Part shown: one piece after another, positions 30,001 through 37,218 of the stretch
How the letters are laid out: each line of letters opens with the position of its first letter
Numbering within the stretch: the stretch's first letter is position 1
Assembly (NCBI GenBank): GCA_963848965.1
Contig: CAWKFG010000004.1
Span: forward strand, 544,001 to 608,000
Direction of reading: 5' to 3'
Length of the DNA stretch: 64,000 nt
Source: an uncultured bacterium
Lineage (GTDB): Bacteria > Babelota > Babeliae > Babelales > Babelaceae
Notes under the pieces: generated by a model
What the model saw: the letters and a program-made list of their open reading frames with translations, nothing else
The model's database searches: none
What the model was told of the DNA's origin: nothing
Program-made: the position numbers and the translations under genes

Positions 30001-31794
30001 TAAAGGAACTTTGCTTACATCATTCTTCATAATATAATCATGCAAAAGAACAAACTTTCGTTGCCGCTCATTATTTTCTTTTGTCCTCTTTTCCTTAAGA
30101 AGAGCACGATACTCTTGTGCCGCTTGCTCTATTACCTCTCTTACTGAAGGAAGTATTTTTGAGTTCTGATGTACATAATGATCAATGCTCTGAGCATACT
30201 GCGTTTGAAAACAAGGATTCGCTCCTTTTTGAAGAAGTACTTGCACAAGTTCAAGATTATTATTATCTGCAGCAAAAAAGAGAGCTGTTCTTCCTACGTT
30301 ATCTTGCTCATCTATTTCATGTGATACTACAAGCTGTTTTACCTGTGCTGTATTATTGCTATACGCTGCATATAAAAATTCGCTTGCTGCATAGTCTTTC
30401 ATCCAAGTATTTTTACGCTCAATAACACGCTCTATACATTTTAAAAGAGTCTGATCTGCATTCTTTTTAGCAAGAGAAAGCGTCGATTCACCTCTGTTAT
30501 TCTTCAAAGTATAACCTGCATGAGCATTTAACAGAAGCTCGACAAGAGGTATTTTATTGTGAAATGCAGCATGAATAAGAGCACTGTCTCCTGCCTTATC
30601 TTGAGCGTCTATTTCCGCTCCATATTTTATAAGTAATTCTACTATAGCCTTATAGAACAGAGTTCCTTTAGGATCTACCTGAGTCACTGCATGCATAAGT
30701 GCAGTTCTTCCAAAAGCATCTTTTGCATTAAGTTCAACATGCCATTGAAGAAGTAAGCTTACTATATCAACATGTTTATTTATAACAGCAAGCATTAAGG
30801 GAGTTATTCCTTCATTATTCTGAGCATTTAAAGTTTCAGGACTTATAAGTCCTAAAACACAGTAAAAGTCTCCTGATTGTACTGCATAATGAAGCACTGT
30901 ATTACGTTTGTCATCACACGCTGTCTTTGAAGCACCATATTCAAGTAAAGTATTTACCAAACACCAGTCTCCAGCCTTTGCACACATCATAAGAGGAGTA
31001 ATGCCTCTTTCATTTGCTATAGTAGGATCTGCCCCTTTTTCTAGAAGCTCTATCACTTTTGATACATACCCTTCCTCTACAGCCTGTATAAGCTCTGGCT
31101 TTCTTTCTACTTTCTTTACCGTATTCAAGCCTTTTGCTTGCTGTACAGCAAATGATTCAAGGTTTGCCAAGGGATAGTCTTTGTGTTGTATTTCTGGATA
31201 TACCGTAAGTATATGCATACTCTCTTTGACACCAGGACATCCAAGCACAAAAAGTCGCAGTGGCGTTATCAATCTACTTACAGGCAAAGGAATCATCTTA
31301 ACACGATATACCTTATAGCTCTCACTTGTACGTTCCTTACGTTCTTTTACCTGCAATTCGCTTTCTTGGTGCATTCCCTTAATATAGTGAGCTATATCAT
31401 GGATGTTCCAATTACACGGAAAAAAAGTTTTTGGCGCTTTACAGACTTTTCCTCGATAGATAACATAGCCTGTATGAAATGAATAGATATCTCCTAATGC
31501 AACGATCCACAGTCCTGGCGTTAATTTGCATAACGTAGCACCGTTTCCAAGATCTATCTTTTCTGCAGTAGTACCATACCAGTGGAATCCTTTAACACAT
31601 ATCTCTTTGGTCAAAGGATCAGTGAGTATCTGATAATTGCAAATATGGGCAAGCACTTTCTGTAACGAGATAGTATACGGAACACTTTCTAACTTAAGAG
31701 TAACACTCATGCTATCTTCAGGAGCTTTTTCCATAGCACTTACAGAAGAAATGCAGAGAAAAAGACTCAAGACGAGCGTCAATAATTTCTTCAT
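27004..31794 (-). CDS. Secreted EndoU-like nuclease / ankyrin-repeat protein, paralog 3
   Basis: Signal peptide ...VSA-MEKA; LAH...KGFH...PKTFFPCNW...ILTVYP; more than 20 ankyrin repeats. Confidence 0.85.
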   Translation of the reverse strand: MKKLLTLVLSLFLCISSVSAMEKAPEDSMSVTLKLESVPYTISLQKVLAHICNYQILTDPLTKEICVKGFHWYGTTAEKIDLGNGATLCKLTPGLWIVALGDIYSFHTGYVIYRGKVCKAPKTFFPCNWNIHDIAHYIKGMHQESELQVKERKERTSESYKVYRVKMIPLPVSRLITPLRLFVLGCPGVKESMHILTVYPEIQHKDYPLANLESFAVQQAKGLNTVKKVERKPELIQAVEEGYVSKVIELLEKGADPTIANERGITPLMMCAKAGDWCLVNTLLEYGASKTACDDKRNTVLHYAVQSGDFYCVLGLISPETLNAQNNEGITPLMLAVINKHVDIVSLLLQWHVELNAKDAFGRTALMHAVTQVDPKGTLFYKAIVELLIKYGAEIDAQDKAGDSALIHAAFHNKIPLVELLLNAHAGYTLKNNRGESTLSLAKKNADQTLLKCIERVIERKNTWMKDYAASEFLYAAYSNNTAQVKQLVVSHEIDEQDNVGRTALFFAADNNNLELVQVLLQKGANPCFQTQYAQSIDHYVHQNSKILPSVREVIEQAAQEYRALLKEKRTKENNERQRKFVLLHDYIMKNDVSKVPLEIISQFNNQAMSKDGCTPLLYAVRERKYNAVSQLLALGASTQAEDSNNRDALCIALDNEDSEMVSLLIASGKVRGSSIEHNFTAVLTHKKYARARLLAQKALYTVYSFIRKAITKHEVSTVELIFQEHIIELTPEQAGQLLFEAIQSLDESIVKIMLKYCAFGIDYAYERGETPLMRAVKLERYSIVELLSNAGANIHLKDKDGASALDHAKYNAHLCNLLETPEKRKKEEALRVQHLQTKELVQKKLEEEGCTPLMIAVHFGEKEAVQRSNDDVNACDKSKQTALMIAACQGASDMVRMLLAKQGVKVNQADVISNTALMYAVKYKHYEIAQALIAAGAVVCFVNKAGESIMQLLEMQEVPPFVKESAKRKLRQELSIYLSLGAKMSVPAEIATYFDRFKFHLRKLHDDDKIYLINQVVGLGRADMLKMLLNVMPYPQKKQEKALLDPLEYAVQCNDSAIVITLLNYYTCIPAKIVLSALEAGKLALAQLLLNTGTVEMGGNEESVSIFSALCEHDKEGVVLPRFITGYIKDVNHNYSGVHLLGVACRVGNKKAGKLLLQAGASIDQADSEGWTALQDAANKGNLEIVSLLLKRGANVNAQDEEKCTALMHAAEEGYADVVAALIKAGAHVNTSDVKGLTALYSAIVNNHSAIVYQLVQAGVPVDGKIADGHTALLIAAEQGNLEAVKLLLHLGANPNQTCDHAHTALLLAALSGHKEIVKVLFEAGASLDAHYKEGISELHIFDEKYLQSRRIFRELLLSEAIKVDVTKKDVINFFCLACAVGEAEIVHYLIKKGIDVNAQGSPGMIPLRCACDRGHAQIVQLLLAAGARTNILDEAGLTPLAKACSIGRADIVKLLLEASADVNAQVRLKTYSSQMPAYIFMNPTSQAVCVILEADTPLIIACYNNHKEIVQLLLSTRRVNLSLKNKEGSTVFDIVRPGKYNGGMALTFNTGTGNMTYAQRYKKHQLRDMDARALEIKKLVLEYAKQTSAEQPPH

Positions 31795-31961
31795 ACTTAT
31801 TCCAATAGAAAATTTGTTAACTTTACATTTATAATTTAGAGTAAGTATATAGTATTATTTAATTATTTATTTGTCAAATAGATAGGCGTGGGGTTGATAG
31901 TAAAATAGGTAAGAAGCCAGACTTTCTTTCTAGCATAAGAGAAGGGGCATACGCCCCCTCC

Positions 31962-32780
31962 TTATTTCTGAGGTATTACTACAGTTTCTAATTTTTTCCG
32001 CTGATCTTCTAGCCATTTATCTAATGCTTTGTTAAAGTTTGCATACTCGCTTTTTGGAAAGGCCTTTTTTAATGCATCAGCAAGACCCACTGCTGGATAA
32101 TCTGGAAAATAAGGTTTAAGTAAATTAATTATTCCCTCTACATATGCCATACTAACCGGCTTCTTGATAGTAAACTTAACAAAAAGCTCAAGAGCTGATT
32201 GTACAAAGCCAAAATCTTTTGCTACAGTATACCCTCTTGCTGGTCCTCCTAGTAAATAAGCTTCAAGATATTGAGGTATCCCTCCAAGAGCAATTTCTTC
32301 ATCCGGAGTTAATCCTTTTTGACCAGCGCCTTCTTCTACCCATTTAGTAAACATTTTTGTAAAGTAGGGATATTGTTTAAATTTTTCTGCCATCTCAGTA
32401 GTTATATAGGTACGTTCAAGACTTGGATACACTTCTTTAAACGCACTTACTATTGCATCAAACACAGAAGGCGTTGCAAGTGCCTCTTGAGCAATAATAG
32501 GTTCTAAAAGATTAAGAAGAGCATCTAACTCAATGAGCACACTTTTAGTTCGCATCTCTCTAGGAGCCAATCCTTTTTCATACTGCTGAAGGATATCCGA
32601 TAAATGGAATCTGATTGTTTCTGCTCTAAGTTCTAGAGGTAATCTTAAAAGAAAAGAAGGATCAAGCTCTTTAGGCTTTATAATACCAAGCTTTTCAAGA
32701 CCCTTTTTAACTTTCCTCATACCAAAGAGTGAAAAGGGAGCGCTCCCTATAAAAATGAAGAGTAAAATTCTTTTATTCAT
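31962..32780 (-). CDS. Secreted helical protein with an F-box-like N-terminal motif
   Basis: Signal peptide ...LFG-MRK; motif LLRLPLELRAETI. Confidence 0.65.
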   Translation of the reverse strand: MNKRILLFIFIGSAPFSLFGMRKVKKGLEKLGIIKPKELDPSFLLRLPLELRAETIRFHLSDILQQYEKGLAPREMRTKSVLIELDALLNLLEPIIAQEALATPSVFDAIVSAFKEVYPSLERTYITTEMAEKFKQYPYFTKMFTKWVEEGAGQKGLTPDEEIALGGIPQYLEAYLLGGPARGYTVAKDFGFVQSALELFVKFTIKKPVSMAYVEGIINLLKPYFPDYPAVGLADALKKAFPKSEYANFNKALDKWLEDQRKKLETVVIPQK

Positions 32781-32943
32781 ACAATCTCCTTTAATGTAAC
32801 TATTTATCCAATTAAAATAAGAATACTATAAAAGCAGTTATTATTTCAAGATTGTAAAATAATATACAATTATATGAAAATTACAGGTAAATTTACTCTG
32901 GTAAATATTTTTTTAGATAATATCGTATAAGGAGCTATATCAC

Positions 32944-32977
32944 TGAATAACTCCTGGCTAAAGCCAGTGGCTTTCTT
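32944..32977 (-). mobile_element. Orphan IS200/IS605-like terminal hairpin
   Basis: Minus strand reads AAGCCACTGGCTTTAGCCAGGAGTTATTCA, resembling IS605/tnpB right-end palindromes; no transposase nearby. Confidence 0.45.
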
Positions 32978-33020
32978 GATCTTTAAGTAAAACATTTCTA
33001 GCAGTGATGTTTCTACGTAG

Positions 33021-33045
33021 AAAGGGCTCCCTTAAGGAGCCCTTT
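33021..33045 (-). terminator. Terminator after ftsZ
   Basis: AAAGGGCTCC-CTTAA-GGAGCCCTTT. Confidence 0.75.
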
Positions 33046-33046
33046 T

Positions 33047-34204
33047 TTATCGTTGTTTTTCTTGCATCATTCTGCGCATAATGGCAGGAATATCAAGATT
33101 ATTAAGATCTATTGTTGAATTTTCTTGTGCTGGAACTATATTGATAGGATCTGGAGCTTTGGTAGCAACAGAAACTGTGTGTCGCTCTGCAACACGAGCT
33201 GCTATTTCAACAGCAGGTTCAGAGTTTGTTTGAGGAAATCCTGTTGCAATCACTGTTACCGTTACTTCATCACGTAATGATTCATCAATAACAGAGCCTA
33301 AAATAATAGTAGCATCTTCGTGCACCTGCTCATAAACAACAGATGCTGCTTCACTCATTTCATGAAGTCCTAAATCTGAACTACCACTAATATTAAGAAC
33401 AACACCTTGAGCTCCTGTTACACTCATTTTATCAAGAAGCGGAGAAGAAATAGCCTGCATAGCGGCTTCTCTAGCTCTATCTTCACCTGAGGCTCTTCCA
33501 GTTCCAATAATTGCAAACCCTTTGCGTTTCATAACTGTTTTGAGATCTGCAAAGTCAACGTTAATATGCCCTGGCTTGGATATGATGTCTGCTATTGCTC
33601 GAATAAACTGATTAAGAACATTATTTATCTCTTTAAATGCTTCTAAAAGAGTCACTTTACGCTTCGCTTTATCCTCTTTATCTAAAAGCCTTTGATTTGG
33701 TATAACAATAAGCGTATCAACCTCTTTAACCAGTTCATCAAGCGCTTTTTGAGCTACCTTCATACGCCGCATACCTTCAATCATAAACGGCTTGGTAACA
33801 ACAGCCACTGTAAGAATATCTTTTTCTTTCAAAGCTCGTGCGATAACAGGTAATGCTCCAGAACCAGTTCCTCCACCAAGGCCGCCAACTAAAAAGACAA
33901 CATCCGCATCTTTTAAAACGCGTACAAGAGTACTTAGATCTTCTTCTGCAGCCATACGGCCAACATCAGGATTAGCACCTGCACCTAAACCTCTGGTGGA
34001 TTTAATGCCCAACTGTATCTTATGCGGAGCATTTGATAATTTTAATGCCTGCGCATCAGTGTTAGCAACCATAAACTCTACATTTTCATAGCCAGCATCA
34101 ATCATGCTATTGACCATATTGCTACCGCCGCCCCCTACACCAAGTACCTTAATACGAGCAATAGGCATGCTTTGGCTCATGATTTCAGATTCAAAATCTA
34201 TCAT
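33047..34204 (-). CDS. ftsZ: Cell division protein FtsZ
   Basis: Motifs GVGGGG, NTDAQAL, GGGTGSG and INVDFAD; C-terminal peptide DIPAIMRR. Confidence 0.99.
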   Translation of the reverse strand: MIDFESEIMSQSMPIARIKVLGVGGGGSNMVNSMIDAGYENVEFMVANTDAQALKLSNAPHKIQLGIKSTRGLGAGANPDVGRMAAEEDLSTLVRVLKDADVVFLVGGLGGGTGSGALPVIARALKEKDILTVAVVTKPFMIEGMRRMKVAQKALDELVKEVDTLIVIPNQRLLDKEDKAKRKVTLLEAFKEINNVLNQFIRAIADIISKPGHINVDFADLKTVMKRKGFAIIGTGRASGEDRAREAAMQAISSPLLDKMSVTGAQGVVLNISGSSDLGLHEMSEAASVVYEQVHEDATIILGSVIDESLRDEVTVTVIATGFPQTNSEPAVEIAARVAERHTVSVATKAPDPINIVPAQENSTIDLNNLDIPAIMRRMMQEKQR

Positions 34205-34250
34205 TCTACTACTCCTTTCCAGACAAAGCTTGCTATGCCTGTTTTTTACA

Positions 34251-35489
34251 TTAGAAGAAATCTGACACCCATGACTTCATACGCCACAGGATACGGCTAA
34301 TAAGCGGTCCCGTCAACTGTTCCATTGAAACTCCCTTACTTGTTTTCATCAGATGCAAAAGCAATCCGTATGAAGTAGCATATAAAGGACTTTCAAGCGA
34401 CTCTTTAAACATGTGCGGTACATGGGGGATACCTATGCGTGCCGGAGCACCAAGCATAAGTTCTGACACTTCCTTCATTCCTTTTAAAAGTGCTCCACCA
34501 CCTGTAAGCACAATACCAGCTGGCATAAGATGCTCAAGGCCTTGTTGAGTTATTTCCTTTTGTACCATTACTAAAAGCTCATTTATTCGTGGCTCTATAA
34601 TATAAAATAACTCATGTGCGGTAACACGTTTATTTTCGCCGCCATGAACCATCTCTACTTCGAAACTGTCTTTAAAGTCAAGAGTCAAGTTATTTGTTGT
34701 ACCAAATTCTTGCTTTATACGCTCAGCATCCTTCAAAGTAGTACGCAAGCATAAGGCAATATCGTGAGTAACGTGATTTCCAGCAATAGGAAATATTTTT
34801 GTATACCGAATAGTACCTTGTTGATAAATAGCAAAATCTGAAGTACCACCTCCAATGTCTAAAAGAGCTACTCCTAATTCCCTTTCATCTCTACTAAGCA
34901 CCGATTCGGCAGAAGCAAGCGGCTCTAATACTACATCGATAACCCCTATCCCTGCCATTTGGCAGCACCGTATAATATTTTGTACAGAGGCAATAGAACC
35001 AGTAATAATATGCACTTGTGCTTCTAATCGAACACCAAACATTCCTACAGGGTCCATCACCTTCTGCTGACTATCAATCATAAAATATTGTGGTAACACA
35101 TGTAGGATTTGCTGCCCTTCTGCAATTACTACTGCTTTTGCAGCAGAAAGAACACACGCAACATCATATGCTCGAATTCTACCATGCTTGATAGGGATCA
35201 TACCATGAGAGTTAATAGACTGAATATGTGCTCCAGAGATACCAACGACAGCAGATTCAACCTTACAACCAGCCATCATCTCTGCCTCTTTAAGAGCAAG
35301 CTTAATAGCATGTACTGCCTGAGCAATATCAACCACTACCCCACGCGCAATTCCATAGGAAGGAGCCTTACCTATCCCTAAAATAGTAAGACTATTGTCG
35401 CCCACCTTTTGCGCTATAAGAACGCAGATTTTTGTTGTCCCTATATCAACAGCTACCAGTAGATTATCAGACACTATTTGACTTTTCAT
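34251..35489 (-). CDS. ftsA: Cell division protein FtsA
   Basis: Motifs DIGTTKI, DIGGGTSD and VLTGGGA; adjacent to ftsZ. Confidence 0.97.
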   Translation of the reverse strand: MKSQIVSDNLLVAVDIGTTKICVLIAQKVGDNSLTILGIGKAPSYGIARGVVVDIAQAVHAIKLALKEAEMMAGCKVESAVVGISGAHIQSINSHGMIPIKHGRIRAYDVACVLSAAKAVVIAEGQQILHVLPQYFMIDSQQKVMDPVGMFGVRLEAQVHIITGSIASVQNIIRCCQMAGIGVIDVVLEPLASAESVLSRDERELGVALLDIGGGTSDFAIYQQGTIRYTKIFPIAGNHVTHDIALCLRTTLKDAERIKQEFGTTNNLTLDFKDSFEVEMVHGGENKRVTAHELFYIIEPRINELLVMVQKEITQQGLEHLMPAGIVLTGGGALLKGMKEVSELMLGAPARIGIPHVPHMFKESLESPLYATSYGLLLHLMKTSKGVSMEQLTGPLISRILWRMKSWVSDFF

Positions 35490-36222
35490 AGTTTAACTCC
35501 CCCCCGAGCGGCCCACAAACTACTGAGCCTTTTAAACGAACGTCAACCCTTATCCCCTTTTTATAAAAATCTTTCCTTTCTTCATAAATACGCTGCGCAT
35601 AAGCAAGCTTTTCTTTTGCATGTATACTTAGAGTATCAGCAACAATCACAAAACTTTTATCTCTTTGTGAACGCAATAAGATCTCATCCTTTGAATTCCA
35701 CGTTATACTAAAATGTTCAAACAATTCTGGTGATAATGCTAACAAAGATGTATATGATGATGGCACCTTAAGATGATGAAGGTATTCTGGCGTTTGCACA
35801 TGCAGAGTAAGAATGCCTTCTACCATATCACTATTAAAGTACTTCTTTTGTACTAATGACCCTACGTGTGTAAGAATATACGGCGTACTTTTAAAAACAG
35901 GCTCAAGTTGTATTCGCGGCTCATACGCTTTTACTTGTACACAAGCTACTTGAGATCCCCTATAAGAGATAGATACACTTGATATGCATGGACATTCTTT
36001 TTTTAACTCTGTATAAATACCGTGCGCTCCTAAAGAACGAACTGGTACTTTGCTTACCTTCTCTTTAATCCACTGTTGTACTTTATAGCTTAATCTGTTA
36101 TCACAAGTAACAAGCACAGAGTGCGGAATAACTAAAGAGTAGAGCTGCCAGCAAACTGCTCCGCTCAACCCCATAAGAAAAAAACGATGAATGTTTTTTA
36201 AGATCCCCTGTATGATCTTCAT
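35467..36222 (-). CDS. ftsQ: Divergent FtsQ/DivIB-like protein
   Basis: N-terminal TM segment, POTRA-like region and C-terminal VDVR; overlaps the ftsA start. Confidence 0.6.
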   Translation of the reverse strand: MKIIQGILKNIHRFFLMGLSGAVCWQLYSLVIPHSVLVTCDNRLSYKVQQWIKEKVSKVPVRSLGAHGIYTELKKECPCISSVSISYRGSQVACVQVKAYEPRIQLEPVFKSTPYILTHVGSLVQKKYFNSDMVEGILTLHVQTPEYLHHLKVPSSYTSLLALSPELFEHFSITWNSKDEILLRSQRDKSFVIVADTLSIHAKEKLAYAQRIYEERKDFYKKGIRVDVRLKGSVVCGPLGGELNYEKSNSV

Positions 36223-36311
36223 TACTTTCCCCCTATTTTACTATCCTTATAGCGCATTAGAGGTTGCTAAGTCAACAATTAGCCATAAAAAAAGACCAAC
36301 CCCTTATGCTC

Positions 36312-36340
36312 TTGACAGCAGTACCGCATTTTGATACTAT
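36312..36340 (+). promoter_or_regulatory. sigma70 promoter of hicAB
   Basis: TTGACA, 17-nt spacer, then TACTAT preceded by TG (extended -10). Confidence 0.6.
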
Positions 36341-36371
36341 TATACTAAAGCCCTTAAGAGGTTAAAAGTTT

Positions 36372-36635
36372 ATGAATAATAAACATAAGAGTATATTAGA
36401 AGCGATATTCAAACTACCAACTCAAGCAAATATAAAATGGAAAGATATTGAAGCATTATTTATACATTTAGGTGCTCGAGTAGTAGAAGGTAGAGGATCA
36501 AGAGTAAGAATAATACTTAATGGTATTCCTGCTAACTTTCATAGACCTCACCCTCGCCGAGAAGCAACTAAGGGAGCAGTAGAAGCTGCACGAAGATTTT
36601 TAAAAGATACAGGAGCTTACAATGATAAAATATAA
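36372..36635 (+). CDS. hicA: HicA toxin
   Basis: Motifs NIKWKDIEALF, EGRGSRVR and FHRPHP. Confidence 0.92.
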   Translation: MNNKHKSILEAIFKLPTQANIKWKDIEALFIHLGARVVEGRGSRVRIILNGIPANFHRPHPRREATKGAVEAARRFLKDTGAYNDKI

Positions 36636-36954
36636 AGGTTATGTAGGAAAAATAACATACGATAGCACTTTAAAGGTATTTCATGGAGATGTTATAGGTT
36701 TAAACCATGTGATTACTTTTGAAGGAACAACTCCGAAAGAAATAGAACAAAGCTTTCAAGATGCTATTGACGATTATCTTGAAATGTGCCAAGAAGAAGG
36801 TATACAACCAGAAAGGACTTTTTCTGGCAAGTTTATGCTAAGGCTTTCTCCTGATCTTCACGCAAAACTTGTTCATGAAGCAACGCTTCACAATAAAAGT
36901 CTTAATGAATATGTTGCTGATACTTTAAGCTCTCTACATAAATCATCTAAGTAA
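36622..36954 (+). CDS. hicB: HicB antitoxin
   Basis: Motifs YKGY, ITFEG, AIDDYL, FSGKFMLR and SLNEYV; overlaps hicA. Confidence 0.92.
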   Translation: MIKYKGYVGKITYDSTLKVFHGDVIGLNHVITFEGTTPKEIEQSFQDAIDDYLEMCQEEGIQPERTFSGKFMLRLSPDLHAKLVHEATLHNKSLNEYVADTLSSLHKSSK

Positions 36955-36960
36955 GACCTA

Positions 36961-37143
36961 CAAATTCAATATGACTTGAATTACTTAATCTTACGAAGAT
37001 GCCACTATAGTAAGCTTGACTACCCACAAGATTTTAATTGTTGTTAGGCATGCAAAAAGAGAAGAGCGGATCCGACCTTAGATTACAAATGTTCAAGAGA
37101 ATGTCAAAAGAAACATTGGATCAATCATAAAGCATTTTGCAAA
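36961..37143 (+). pseudogene. Decayed MYND-type zinc-finger fragment
   Basis: Reads ...NCC*ACKKRRADPTLDYKCSRECQKKHWINHKAFCK; CS..CQ..HW..HK..C is the zf-MYND C-terminal signature. Not in the ORF track. Confidence 0.65.
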
Positions 37144-37218
37144 GTAAAGCTACACTTGATACTCAAGCTACTACTTAACCTTTATATTGAAAACTCAACA
37201 GCTTTGAAGTTTCTCTCG

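Noticed and set aside
17470..31834. Many short plus-strand ORFs inside the EndoU-ankyrin genes as possible immunity genes
   Set aside because: They are antisense shadows of long coding frames with no protein-like features.
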